This document shows positions 16,277 through 27,500 of a stretch of DNA of 64,000 bases, in pieces. The stretch is taken from positions 1-64,000 of IMG/VR virus record IMGVR_UViG_3300009509_000006; one strand, given 5' to 3'. Both the position numbers and the translations under genes were made by a program. Each line of letters starts with the position of its first letter. Position 1 is the first letter of the stretch. The stretch comes from a virus. The notes beneath the pieces were generated by a model. The model was not told the origin of the DNA and did no database searches. It saw only the letters and a program-made list of their open reading frames with translations.

Positions 16277-19200
16277 CTATGCAGAGCTACCCTGCGAAGC
16301 GAACAAGATGAAGCGAATGTAGGTAGTGATGGAACCACCGTTGATCGGGACAGTTGCTCCAGTTGTCGAATTGAACATAGTGATCGTCATGCTCGCCGGA
16401 ATGACGCTCGTGCACTGGAGCAATTCTGTCGGGTTCGTACCACTCAAGCCGACACCCCCAGAGGTGATCGAGCTTCCGGATCCTGTGTCGGCAATCATCC
16501 CGGACGCAAACGTGATGACGAGCGCTCCAGTCCCGATGCTCGCGCTCGCGATGTTGATGCCCTGGATGTTCGTGATCACCCCGGCTGTGACCGTGATCTT
16601 GCCCCAGCACTTGACGACACCCTTGGCCCGGAGGTCATTGAGGAGAGTCTGGTTGTAGGGCGGGTTCCCCTTTGTGGCACCATATGTCGCCGTGGACCAG
16701 TCCATACCCCTGTCAAACGAGCGAATAGTTTTGTTGCCCGTCACGCTCGCGGCCATAAACGCTTCGCTGGTCGTAGCGTCCCAGGTCAGGTCGGTCCAAG
16801 TGCCCGCGCCAGCGTTCCGCTTCTCCAGGTAGAGGACCCCGGAATTGAGACGGATAGCCGTGGAGTCCTTCGTGTTGTCGTCCGCATTCCAGACGCCATT
16901 CCAGTAGGCGTTGGTCGTGATCCAGATGTCGTCCTCTCCAGATCCGTCGACATCGCGCCACAGACGGAACTTCGGGCCTCCAGAAGCCCCGGCGCTCCGA
17001 AAGATGCAGGTCCGACCACCGACAACGCCGCTCCAATCAATGTCTAGGCGAGCGCCCTGCGCCTGTGCAGGGAGATCGTCTAGCTCACCGCCCAGAGATA
17101 CCCGACCGCCAATATCCAGGTTCAAGAGCGCGTTGAAGTCGAAAGGCTTCTTGTCCCACGCCGAATCGAGCCACGTTGCAGTCCCGGAGGCCTTGTAGTC
17201 CGTCGTCAGGCCAAGCTCCCCGAACGTGTACTTTTGGGCGTTGTCCGCCGTGTTGTCTGCATTCCAGTCTGTACCGTCCCACTCGGCGTTGAATGTGACA
17301 ACGAGCTCCAAGCTGGCGTTCGAATACAGGCGTCCGTGTGCGCTCGCGGTCGCACCTCCGAGATCTATCAGGAGCGTGTACGTTGCCGTCCGGATCCTAG
17401 GTTTCAGGCGCGGGATGGCGGCTTCGGCAGTGCTCCCAGTGACCAAGTTTCCGACCTCGAGCACCGACATCAGACGCATGAGCTCAGGACTATCCCAGGC
17501 GGTGTTGGCCCAGCTCGCCGGGGGCGCGGCCTTCGTCTGGACCGTCAATCCTTGCGTCCCGAACTCGTATATCCAAGCGTCGTCACCACCGGCGTCGTCC
17601 GCTTCCCAGACCGATCCAGAAGAATCCCATTTGGCGTTGTACGTATAGATGAACTGGCCGGAATATCCGCAGTACAAGCGCGTTCCGGGGTATGTGCCAG
17701 GAGCTTTCGATTCCCACAGGAGGTTGAAGGCCGAATTGCGAAGGGGCGCTGTGATACGCGCCAGGGCAGCATCATCGGCAGTGCCGAGGAGGTTGGCGCC
17801 GAGGTTGTCGATGAGGCTACGGACGTCGAGCTTCTCGCTCGTCCAGGCACCATCGGCCCACGTGCCCGCACCAGCCGGACGGTAGAACGCCGTCATCCCG
17901 TCCTCGCCGAACACGACCTTCCTGGAATCCTCACTCGTCTGGTCGGCGGTCCAGACAGTGCCGCTATAGCTCGCGTTGTACGTCAGCACCCATTCGTTGT
18001 CGGCGCCGCTGAACAAGCGCGTGTGGCCATTGAAGGCATCGCCCCAGTCCCGAACCAGCGTGAACGTGTTGCTCCGGATCCGTGGCCAGAAGCGCGCCAC
18101 CGTCGCCGCTTCGGCGTCCGAGGACAAGAGGTCCAGGCCGGCGTCCAGCCTCCCAGCGGTGCGGAGCATGGGCGGCTCCGGCCACGATCCGTTCGACCAG
18201 GACGCGGGCGTCGTCTCGTAGAACCAGCTGACGAAGCTGCCGTAGTTGAACTCGTACTTCCAGGCCTCCGCGCCTACATTGTCGGAATTCCAGTTGGAGC
18301 CGTCCCATCTCGCATTCAGGGTGATCACCCACTCGCCGTTCGAGGACACGTACAGCCTACCGACCTCGGAGGAAGTCACCTCCGATTCCCACATGCAGGT
18401 GAAGGTCCCGTTCAGACCTGGAGCGGCGATTCGAGGCCTCGCAGCCTCCGCAACAGACCCCAGGACGTTCCCGCCGAAATTCGACAGCACCGTCGGGTGC
18501 GCAATGGATTCGTCCCAGGCGGATTCCGACCATGTCCCGGCGCCGGCCGCTCGCGAATAGCCGAGCATGCCGTAGCGGCTAATCACGAACTTCTGGCTGT
18601 CGAGAGAGATGTCGTCCGCCTGCCACACAGTGCTCGAGAAGTAGGCATTGTATGTGATGAACAGCTCGTTCAGAGCACCCGAGAAGAACCGCAGCTTTCC
18701 GTTGGAGGGCCCACCGCTCTCTTGCAGGAGAGTGATCTTGGTGGACCGCACGCTGGGGGCATAACGTGGTGTCGTGGCCGCTTCGGCATCGGAGCTGTTG
18801 AGAGCAGACCCCGCTCTCAATTGGCCTGTGGTTGGGAGCATCGGCGGCTCGGGCCACGCGGTATCCAGCCACGAGGCCGGACAGGTGTCGTAGACCCAGG
18901 CAGTCAAGTTGTCTCGATCGTAGACGTACTTCGACGCGGTATCGCCAACGTCGTCGGAATTCCAATCCGCACCGTCCCAGCGCGCGTTCATGGTGATTAT
19001 GAACTGGGCGCCGCTTCCGCTGTACAACCGGAGGACTTGCGTCGAACTGATCTCGGTCTCCCACAGCAGCGTGAACGAGGTCGCGATGCCCGGAGCCGTG
19101 ATGCGAGCCAGTGCCGCCCGCGTTGCCGTACCAATGTCGCCTTCGCCGAGCGCGAGTTGCCCGAGAGCGACCTCCAGGCCCCAACTCGTCCCGCGCCGCC

Positions 19201-20392
19201 CGATGTTCATGCGCGGATTGGACGGGTCCATCGAGATCTGGGCTGCGTCATCCGTGAACGCTCCGGGTTGATTTCGCTCGATGGTAAGCCTCGACGTCGC
19301 CACCGGACGCCGAAGCGTGTCACCAAGCCCGATGAACTGGCCCTTCTCCTCAAGGAAGAGCTCGAGGCAATCCAGGTAGTATTTGTCGCCCGCACCACTG
19401 TACGTAAGGCCGGAGTGTGTGAGCTGCACACGCCGAATGAACGCCGCCGTCGACACTGCGGGGATCTCGTATTCCGCCTCGACGAGCCGGAAGTCGGCAT
19501 CCACACTTGAGAGGTCGATTACGACCAACGTGATCGGCGTAGCCGTACCCAGGTCCGTGTCGGCCATGTCCAAGGTGATGCCGACAACACCGCCCGTGGG
19601 CACAGCCAGGTTCTTGATCCAGAACCGCACGTAGATGTGCTGCCCGGGGAGAACCGGGGCATCGAGACCCTGGAACAAGTAGCCGGTGTGAGAGCCCGCG
19701 TTGGCCCAGTAGAATGCCAGACTCTTTCCGCCATACTTCGATGCTGCCGTGGTTGCGTACCAGTTGCCGATCGATCCGGACAACGGAAATACCTGCCACA
19801 CACGATGGCTGTCCTCGTAGAGGTTCATGCCATCTTCGGCCCACTCGAACGAGGGGTCTTCGAGCATCTGGCGCCATGGCACCCGCCCTGGAGCTTCGAA
19901 CTGCCATGCCGAGGTGCGATACAGTGGCTTGATCCGCGAGTACGAGATCAGGCCTGCGGCTGGAACTTCAACCCAACCGAGCACCACGAGCTCAGCACGC
20001 TCCGAGGCTCCCGTGAACTCGTCCGAGGGCGAGAGCTCGTAGGCTCGAATCTCGCCGTAGGTATCGGCGCCGACCGCATACTCGACGAAGACGGCGATCA
20101 CGACCTCTTTGTTGGCGTAGGCCGAAAGGTCGAGCGAGAAAAGGCCCCCCGTCTTCCGCACGGTGAGGTTGTAGCCGTCCAGCGTCTGAACCGCACACAC
20201 GTGGTCGTTGGCATCGGGATCTGGATTGACATCGACTGTGAGCACCGAAGCGCTCGTGCCCATCTTGAAGCCGCGATAGATCCCGTGCGGCGTGTGCACT
20301 GCGAGCTTCTGGTTCAGGCTCTCCGTCACGAGCGGCGTGCGGTAGCGAGACGTGATCGCAGTTGCGGCGATGTCCTCAAGTTTCGTAGGCAT
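16277..20392 (-). CDS. Long tail fibre/receptor-binding protein with seven Trp-rich repeats and a CBM-like domain
   Basis: 1371 aa; repeats with core (I/L/Y/V)TxNAx(W/Y/F)xxxxWx(S/A)D; LEDPSFE…YYLD jelly-roll-like segment. Confidence 0.85.
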   Translation of the reverse strand: MPTKLEDIAATAITSRYRTPLVTESLNQKLAVHTPHGIYRGFKMGTSASVLTVDVNPDPDANDHVCAVQTLDGYNLTVRKTGGLFSLDLSAYANKEVVIAVFVEYAVGADTYGEIRAYELSPSDEFTGASERAELVVLGWVEVPAAGLISYSRIKPLYRTSAWQFEAPGRVPWRQMLEDPSFEWAEDGMNLYEDSHRVWQVFPLSGSIGNWYATTAASKYGGKSLAFYWANAGSHTGYLFQGLDAPVLPGQHIYVRFWIKNLAVPTGGVVGITLDMADTDLGTATPITLVVIDLSSVDADFRLVEAEYEIPAVSTAAFIRRVQLTHSGLTYSGAGDKYYLDCLELFLEEKGQFIGLGDTLRRPVATSRLTIERNQPGAFTDDAAQISMDPSNPRMNIGRRGTSWGLEVALGQLALGEGDIGTATRAALARITAPGIATSFTLLWETEISSTQVLRLYSGSGAQFIITMNARWDGADWNSDDVGDTASKYVYDRDNLTAWVYDTCPASWLDTAWPEPPMLPTTGQLRAGSALNSSDAEAATTPRYAPSVRSTKITLLQESGGPSNGKLRFFSGALNELFITYNAYFSSTVWQADDISLDSQKFVISRYGMLGYSRAAGAGTWSESAWDESIAHPTVLSNFGGNVLGSVAEAARPRIAAPGLNGTFTCMWESEVTSSEVGRLYVSSNGEWVITLNARWDGSNWNSDNVGAEAWKYEFNYGSFVSWFYETTPASWSNGSWPEPPMLRTAGRLDAGLDLLSSDAEAATVARFWPRIRSNTFTLVRDWGDAFNGHTRLFSGADNEWVLTYNASYSGTVWTADQTSEDSRKVVFGEDGMTAFYRPAGAGTWADGAWTSEKLDVRSLIDNLGANLLGTADDAALARITAPLRNSAFNLLWESKAPGTYPGTRLYCGYSGQFIYTYNAKWDSSGSVWEADDAGGDDAWIYEFGTQGLTVQTKAAPPASWANTAWDSPELMRLMSVLEVGNLVTGSTAEAAIPRLKPRIRTATYTLLIDLGGATASAHGRLYSNASLELVVTFNAEWDGTDWNADNTADNAQKYTFGELGLTTDYKASGTATWLDSAWDKKPFDFNALLNLDIGGRVSLGGELDDLPAQAQGARLDIDWSGVVGGRTCIFRSAGASGGPKFRLWRDVDGSGEDDIWITTNAYWNGVWNADDNTKDSTAIRLNSGVLYLEKRNAGAGTWTDLTWDATTSEAFMAASVTGNKTIRSFDRGMDWSTATYGATKGNPPYNQTLLNDLRAKGVVKCWGKITVTAGVITNIQGINIASASIGTGALVITFASGMIADTGSGSSITSGGVGLSGTNPTELLQCTSVIPASMTITMFNSTTGATVPINGGSITTYIRFILFASQGSSA

Positions 20393-20401
20393 TGATCACT
20401 C

Positions 20402-20914
20402 TCAGAAGATGACGCGCACCAGGTTGAGGAGAGGGAACGCGGAGGTCTTCGTCTGTTGCGGGAAGGTGCCGTAGGCAACCATGAGCTTCTGGCCAACGAA
20501 GACCGGGTGGTCCATGAACACCCCGATCTCCCAGATCTCGGGGCTGTTGCCGAAACCGTCGTCATTGAACTCGGTGGCATCGAGCAAGCACCGGATCTCG
20601 AGCGTCGAGGGCGAGACGAAGCTCATGTCGGCGCTCGTCAGAGCTTTCGAGAAGTTGCCACGCTCATCGGTAGCGTAGCGCTGATTCGCCGGTGCCCGCG
20701 TCCCATCGACGATCGCGTCGATGTCCTGGATCGTATTGTCGACACGGCGCAGGTTGTCTTCGGGCGTGCGCGGTTCTTTTCCTGTCCCAGGGTTGACCCA
20801 GCCGCCCTCCCCGACTTTGAACAAGTCGATTGTGGCAAAGGACAGGAGGTCGCCAAGCATCTGCGGCAGGTACTTCCTGAAGTCTACGGTCACTTCGGCC
20901 GGGATGACAGCCAT
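20402..20914 (-). CDS. Baseplate/fibre attachment protein (tail-collar-like)
   Basis: Start at ATG 20914 (GGAGAGG RBS); FKVGEGG…IWEIGVF…MVAYGTFPQQTK. Confidence 0.7.
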   Translation of the reverse strand: MAVIPAEVTVDFRKYLPQMLGDLLSFATIDLFKVGEGGWVNPGTGKEPRTPEDNLRRVDNTIQDIDAIVDGTRAPANQRYATDERGNFSKALTSADMSFVSPSTLEIRCLLDATEFNDDGFGNSPEIWEIGVFMDHPVFVGQKLMVAYGTFPQQTKTSAFPLLNLVRVIF

Positions 20915-20922
20915 GGCCTCTC

Positions 20923-21303
20923 CTACTGGAGCGAGACGATCAAAGCTCCCGCGGCGATCTGGTAGGTGTCGCCACTGCGGACTTGCTCGGGGTTGTTCAG
21001 CTTGGCGTGAAACATCATATTCCCGCCCGGCTCGTAGATGGCAGCATAGCGGATTGTGCCCCAGCTGGCTGTAGCCGTTGGGAACGTGATGAGTGCCGCG
21101 TTCGTGCACTGGCCGCCCGCAGCCGCATTGAAAACAACTGTCTGGCGTGCGTAGCTACCGCCCGAGACCTCGGTACCGCTCCCGGCGTCCGTCGGGTCCG
21201 TGAGGAACAGGGCGAGGCGCACGGACACAGGCGAGACCATCGCGTTGTTTCGGAGCACGTGCTCCAAGAGTTGGTTCTCGAGCCAGTCGGACATCGCCGT
21301 CAT
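20923..21303 (-). CDS. Small phage tail protein
   Basis: SDWLENQLLEHV…LALFLTDPTDAGSGTEVSGGSYARQ…ITFPTATASWGTI, a widespread phage tail family pattern. Confidence 0.85.
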   Translation of the reverse strand: MTAMSDWLENQLLEHVLRNNAMVSPVSVRLALFLTDPTDAGSGTEVSGGSYARQTVVFNAAAGGQCTNAALITFPTATASWGTIRYAAIYEPGGNMMFHAKLNNPEQVRSGDTYQIAAGALIVSLQ

Positions 21304-24137
21304 GTTACTGTCCCCGTGATGCTCATGGAGCCGGTGCCTCGGAAAATAGCGAGCGGCCCTGGAGCGTCAACAACCACTCGGAGCGCTCGGTCGGCCGGGT
21401 ACAGGTCTGCGTCCACCTCGTCTGCGTAGACGGTGACAGGCGAATAGAGCACCGCACCGCTAGGACCGAGCGCTTCAACCTCGGCGCGGATCGCCATCGT
21501 AGCCTCAATGGCCTGCGTGCGCAGTAGAACCATTTCGACGTGTGCCGGCTTCACCTGCTCGAGGCGTGTGATAAGGCGCTCCCACGCCCTCTCGATGGCG
21601 AGCGGCCCCTCGCTAGCGAGCTCGGCGGTCAGGGAGGCCGTCACCAGGATCTTGTACGAGGGACAGACCGAGCACATCGAGACTTCTTCGCACTGGTAGC
21701 GCAGGATCGCATCCCCGAGCACCGGAGCCGCGACAGCCGTCACCTCGAAGTCGTATTCGGGCGGCGGGCCCACCGCGCTCTGCGTCGGCAGCGTCTCGAT
21801 CCAGTACGTCTCGCCATTGTCGTCCTCCAGGAGCCAGCGGCCAATGATCAGGATAGCCTCGGGCAGCGTCGGGAACTCGTCCTTGCCTCCGCTGAAGTTC
21901 ACGAGGGGCTCGGGGCCTGTGAGCGGCGACGCTCCTGTGCCCGTCGCCGTCGCAGTCACGGTGGGAACCGCCCCGTTGATCGCAGCTGCGACGAGCAATG
22001 CGGTGTTCTTCGTCGGATCCAGGACACCGGCGCCGTCCGTGCCGAGATAGACTTCGAAGCCAGGATTCAGATAGGTCACGCTCAAAGGAGCATTGGGCGT
22101 CGGTGTCTGGCTGAACACCTCGACCGTGATCAGGTTGCCCCCGACACCAGGCGCGTTGGCCACCAGGTTCACGGTTCCGTTCGTGCCAAATCCGATCGCT
22201 GCGGACGCGATTGCACCCGTGCGGTGCTCCACGGTGACGCGATACCGATTCGTGTAGAGTTGCGTGGCAGCTATGATTGAGACAGGGAGGTCCGAGCTCC
22301 AGTCCGCCTCCCAGCAGTATTGATCGAGGTCGAAAGTGAACGCGCCGTCCGTCTCCGAAACGACCACGTCGTGCACGAGCTCCTGAATGACCTCGTCATA
22401 GTAGGGCAGCGTCGGAGCTCTGTTCCCATACAGGCGCACGAGTGTCCACGCGAGATTCGGGTTCGCTGCATCAGGCAACGTTGCCAGATCCGCGGGGTCG
22501 AGCTCGATGGTCTGCGCGTCGATGTAGGCTGCGACCGTGTACAAGCCGTCATTGCCCGATCCAGATCCGCTGATCCGAAGATTCAGGCCGACGTGGCCTG
22601 GCCGGAATTCCGCTGTTGGTGACGAGAAGAGCGCAGGCCACGTTCCCGTCAAGCTGCCGTCCGCTCCGTTGTGGTCCCCCTCGCCCGCCTCTACCCGAAG
22701 AGCCGAGGGCAGGTTCTCGAAGTGCTGCTTCGAGATACGCCAGAGCTGATAGGCAGCAACCTCGAAGCCACTCAACGCTCCGACAATGCGATACGAGTCG
22801 GGAACGCCCTTGATAGGAACCCAGTCCGAGACGTGGCGGACCCAGGCCCGCTGGCGCGCTTCTGTCTGCTGCGTGTCGACCTCGATCCCGAAGTCTACAG
22901 CGAGGCGCTCCAGGAGGGAGGGCGCGAAGACCTCGACCTGTGCGGTATCGCCCACCAGGGTCTTCGGCAGCGAGCGCCATAGCACGGTAGTATCAGGGGA
23001 CAGGCTCGAGTCGAGGTCCAGGGTGTTGACATCGACGAAGTTGATGATCTCGTACAGCCCGTCATTGCCCGAAGCCGAATTCCGAATCTCGAGAAGCTTG
23101 CCGACGTCTTCGATCGCAAAGGTAGCCGACGGCGAATAGACCTGGGACGGGGAGTTGACCTCGAGGTCAACTCCGCTCTTTTCGACGACGCCCTTTGGCG
23201 TAGCAACGCTCGAGACATCGATCTGTGGAAATGGAAGGAGGGCCCAATTCAGAGGTCCAGCGTCTGGGGCGAGGGATACCAGCGCTCCAGTTGTGTCGGC
23301 CAGTGTGACCTCGAGGGCCGAATCGACGGTGCTGATCTCGTACTTTCCGTCGTTGTCGCCGTTCTCGAATCCTGTGATGACGAGGGGGCGGCCCACATCC
23401 TGGATCTTGAAAGCGGCGAGCCCGGACCGGAAGCGTCCCGAGGACAGGATCTCTCCATCGCTCCCGGACCTGTCGACGAGGATTGCCCTCATCTCATTCG
23501 GGAAGCGCCGCCGAGCAACAACATCGAATAGCGTCTCCCCATCGTTCAGAATCCAGCCCGGTGCAATGTCGTCGACATCGCCCGATACGACCTCGTAGGT
23601 CAGGATGCCTTCTTCCAGGCCGATCTGAGTCTGGAGCCCCCAGGCAAGTGGGCCGACATCCGCCGAGATCAGGGGGTCGGTGACGACGGTCTGCCGGTCC
23701 ACGATTGTCGAGATCACGAAGCGCTGATTGTTCGTCGGAACGGAGCTGCCCCTGATCGTCAGAATCTTGCCGACGTCTTTCTCTTCGAAGCGGGCATTCG
23801 GAGCGTAGAAGGACCCAAGGCTCGGCGCTGCTCCAGTGATCCCACGCTGCTCGATCGCGCCGTACTGAATGATCTGCTCACCCAGGCGCACCAGGGTCGT
23901 CTCGTCGTAGCGGCTCCGAACGGTGAGGGGGTCGCGTTGCTTCGTGATGTCTCGGATCCGAAGGCGCAAGAAGTCGAAGGGCACCCGGATAGACTCCATC
24001 CAGTCTTCCAGGAAGCCACCGATGTTCGCGTCGGCCTGGCGCTCGAACTCCTCGAGGAGCCACCAGAAGACCTGCCTCCCCCAAGGCCATTCGCCGAAGG
24101 GCTCCTGCCCAAATGGTCCCATCCCGAAGCCGGGCAT
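21300..24137 (-). CDS. Baseplate wedge protein (P2 gpI/T4 gp7-like) with inserted repeat domains
   Basis: LLERLAVDFGI…RQRAWVR…IKGVPDS and RLEQVKPAH; four FxxxDVG+…NDGxYxI repeats. Confidence 0.75.
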   Translation of the reverse strand: MPGFGMGPFGQEPFGEWPWGRQVFWWLLEEFERQADANIGGFLEDWMESIRVPFDFLRLRIRDITKQRDPLTVRSRYDETTLVRLGEQIIQYGAIEQRGITGAAPSLGSFYAPNARFEEKDVGKILTIRGSSVPTNNQRFVISTIVDRQTVVTDPLISADVGPLAWGLQTQIGLEEGILTYEVVSGDVDDIAPGWILNDGETLFDVVARRRFPNEMRAILVDRSGSDGEILSSGRFRSGLAAFKIQDVGRPLVITGFENGDNDGKYEISTVDSALEVTLADTTGALVSLAPDAGPLNWALLPFPQIDVSSVATPKGVVEKSGVDLEVNSPSQVYSPSATFAIEDVGKLLEIRNSASGNDGLYEIINFVDVNTLDLDSSLSPDTTVLWRSLPKTLVGDTAQVEVFAPSLLERLAVDFGIEVDTQQTEARQRAWVRHVSDWVPIKGVPDSYRIVGALSGFEVAAYQLWRISKQHFENLPSALRVEAGEGDHNGADGSLTGTWPALFSSPTAEFRPGHVGLNLRISGSGSGNDGLYTVAAYIDAQTIELDPADLATLPDAANPNLAWTLVRLYGNRAPTLPYYDEVIQELVHDVVVSETDGAFTFDLDQYCWEADWSSDLPVSIIAATQLYTNRYRVTVEHRTGAIASAAIGFGTNGTVNLVANAPGVGGNLITVEVFSQTPTPNAPLSVTYLNPGFEVYLGTDGAGVLDPTKNTALLVAAAINGAVPTVTATATGTGASPLTGPEPLVNFSGGKDEFPTLPEAILIIGRWLLEDDNGETYWIETLPTQSAVGPPPEYDFEVTAVAAPVLGDAILRYQCEEVSMCSVCPSYKILVTASLTAELASEGPLAIERAWERLITRLEQVKPAHVEMVLLRTQAIEATMAIRAEVEALGPSGAVLYSPVTVYADEVDADLYPADRALRVVVDAPGPLAIFRGTGSMSITGTVT

Positions 24138-24172
24138 TGCCGCTACCTCATCAGAAGGTCATCGCAAGGAGA

Positions 24173-24487
24173 TCATTCCCCGTATTTGACCCCCGAGATC
24201 CCATCCCACAACCCGTTGACGGACGTCTCGATCTGCACGTCAGTAATGGTCGAGGGATCATCGACTTCGCCGATGTCTGCCGCGACCGCAGCGTAGAACG
24301 AGACAAGAAGCGCCTCGTCATTGCGGAACACCCGCTGACATACAAGGTGTCGTTTGTCGACTTGCTCCTGGCTCGAAGACGCAGGGTCCTCACCGACGAA
24401 CGCATTCGCGGACTTGTACACTTGAGCCCGAACCCGTTTGCGAAATTCCGCGTCGACTTCCGTGTCTCCGATCTGAAGCAATGACAT
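24173..24487 (-). CDS. Hypothetical protein, possible fibre chaperone
   Basis: GGAGG RBS before ATG 24487; ends ITDVQIETSVNGLWDGISG. Confidence 0.7.
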   Translation of the reverse strand: MSLLQIGDTEVDAEFRKRVRAQVYKSANAFVGEDPASSSQEQVDKRHLVCQRVFRNDEALLVSFYAAVAADIGEVDDPSTITDVQIETSVNGLWDGISGVKYGE

Positions 24488-24532
24488 GACCGTTCCTCCT
24501 GCTTTCTCGCTCAACGCCCTTGAACGTCACCA

Positions 24533-27500
24533 TTACGAAATTCGAGAGATGAACAGCGTCCCGAACCAGTGGATCGTTTTATCGACGGCACCAGTAGCCA
24601 AAATTGTGATGTTCGCTGGAGCGGCTGTACCCAGAGCGACAGTCCATGCAGCGTCATCCTCTGCAATTGGTGTGACAGTGGGGGTACCAACATAGGACAC
24701 GGTTCCACCAATGTTCTTCACCACCGCCGAGATTTCGTAGCCGGCACTATCTCCGACCGTACCGGCTGTACCGCCAGTCTGTCGGGCAACGATTAGGATC
24801 TTGAGTGCCCAGGTATGATTAATGTTGATGGCCACGTTTGACGACGACAGGTCATTCATCCAGAGCTCGGTCGGCGTTGCATCCGTCGTGGTCTGCATCA
24901 CTGTCAAACGACAATACTGAGAACCTCCGGGAGCTACCCCAGACAGGAGGTCTCCGCTGTGCGCGTACATGCCTTGTTGGTCTGCTACAACTCGTTGACC
25001 GTGCGCCACCCCGTAGATTCCAAGTACACCCGTCGTGCAGTTGAAACCGAAGCAAGCAGAACCGAAAGCCCGATTTGCATCGTCCCACTCAGTACCCTGG
25101 ACGTACCCCGCCCTGAACGCATATTTGCTCTTGTCGAACAGCATGCGAGAGTCGCCATCCGTACCGATATCGTCCAGGCTTGTCGACCCAAAAACAAAGT
25201 CGGCAGCCGCCGTCACGATCCCCGAAAGGGACTGAACCTCGTTCGCCCCGCTATCGTACTCGAACCCACCTCCCGGCATGTTCCCGAGTGTGACTGCTTT
25301 CAGTTTGTCACTATCGGCACTGTCGTGAAGCAACAGCCAATCGGACGTGACAGGATTCGCTTTGACAGCCTTGTACTTGAACCACTCGTCGCTCACGCGG
25401 ACGAAGTCCGTGACACGACTCGACGGGTCTGGATTGAGGAGCGAGTCCGCGAGCCCGCCGCCGCCCTTGACAGAGCAGGCTCCTGACCCAGAGTTGAAGT
25501 AGAGGTAGCCGCCCACCACGAACTGGCGCGCATGCAGCTGGCACCCGCTCGGTACAGAGCAATTGCCCTCCGCATACGAGTCCTGAATGTAGATCACACT
25601 GCTGGGGCCGATTATCTGCAGGAACCCCAGGATGTGCACGTTGTTGAAAAATCCGCCAGTGTTGCCCGGATGCGGCCCTGCGGACTGGGAACCGTAGAAG
25701 GCCAAGTTCCCGCGGAACGTAAGGAACGCGGCGCTGAAGCCCTTCATGCCGCCGGACGGCTGTGCAAACGAGGCCGAATACTCCTGTCGGCAAGAGTACA
25801 CCCAGCCATCCATCATCTGGAGCTCGCCGACATTGTAGATGTTGTTGATGTAGTCCGACTTGATGTCGTCCATCCGAATTATCACAGCCGTTCTCGCGTA
25901 ACAGCCGTACTCCAGATAGCAGCTATTGAGCTCCAGCCCCTCCGAGAGGAGCGTACTGTTCGCAGAAACCCCGGCAACCAGGAGAGAGACGTGGCCCGTA
26001 CCGCCGTCGACCGACAGGTTTGCCAACTCCACCGAAGCGGGCCAAGCCGTATCGGCCACCAGCGTGCCCCAGTTGGCGGCATACTGGGACCAGCTTGCAG
26101 ACGCCGCGAGCATGGCGTCCATCGAGGCCTTGGTGGCCTGAGTCACGATGATCCCAGGCTTCGCCGCCGTGGGCCGAATCACACACCGGTCGCTGAGCTC
26201 CTGTGTCGGCCCAGAGAGCCCCACAATGGCGAGGAAGTTGCTGTCCTTGATATAGACCGTCTCGTCATACAGCCCCGGATACACGTAGACGGTCCCGCCG
26301 CCTGCATTGGCGATGGCATCCACTCCGCCCTGGATCGTAACGAATGCGGTGGTCAGGTCGTTGTTGTCGATTGCATCGCTTGAGTTCGGATCCACTCGTG
26401 CCATCGCAGTCGAAGTAGCAGCGCCACCACCCGCGAGCAAATCCGTTACTGTGCCGTTCGACTCCTCTCGGAACTTCAGATGATTGTCTGCCGGGTCGAC
26501 GAACAAAGCCCCCTCGGTAGTGCCCGTTATAGGGGTGCTCGTCTCGGCCTCTTTCAGGATCATGGCAGTCGAAACGCGCACGCGCCCATCCGCCCCCGAG
26601 CCGTCACCCGATCCAGCAGTCAGGTTGACATCACCACCCGCGCCGTTCGATCCAGGGGACGCATTCGAAGCTATAGCACTGATGTCTTCTCCAGCGGCCA
26701 ACAATGCCGCCAGACCACCCGCGAGGCTCAACGGGTTCCCTTGAGGAGCAGTGACTCTGTCGCCGGAGGACACCAGGATGTCATAGCCACCAGTGGCGTT
26801 TCCAAGCGCCAATGTCTGCGCCAGGGTCTCACCACCACCTGAGAGCAGGTCCGTTACCGTCCCGTCCGACTCCGCTCGGAACTTCAGGTGGTTGTCTGCG
26901 GGATCGACGAACAGTGCGCCCTGATCCACCCCCGTGCTCGGCGCAGAACCCTCATCGAACACGATTCCAGTCGGATCGATCAGGCCAGCTACCGTTAGCT
27001 TGCCCGTTACCTCCATGTTGCCTTCGGCCTTGACAACCCCAGCGGAACCGGAGCCAACAGCTGCTCCAGGGACAAGGCGAACGTCCCCACCGTCTCCGTT
27101 TGGCGACCCGCCCCGACCGCCCTGAATTAGAGCATTGCCCCCAACACTGCTCGAGGTGCCTCCCTCGCCGCCTTTGACAATAGCTCCGCCGCCGTAGACG
27201 CCGTCGCCCCCAGTACCTCCGGTAATCTGAACATCACCACCAATGTTTCCGCTGGAACCCTCGCCTCCGCGTATTGTTATGCCACCGCCCTCACCGGCGA
27301 GGCCGTCACCGCCAATAATCGAGATCCCACCTGCGTCAGCCGATCCGTCCAACGTCCACAGGCGGATGTCTTTTCCCTCCGGCGCTGTTATCTTATCCCC
27401 GGAGCTCAACACGATGTCAGTGCCGCCGGTGAGGTTCCCAGCCGCAAGCGTTGTCGCAAGGTCTTCAGCGCCACTGGGCAGCGTGAACAGCGATCCGGAG

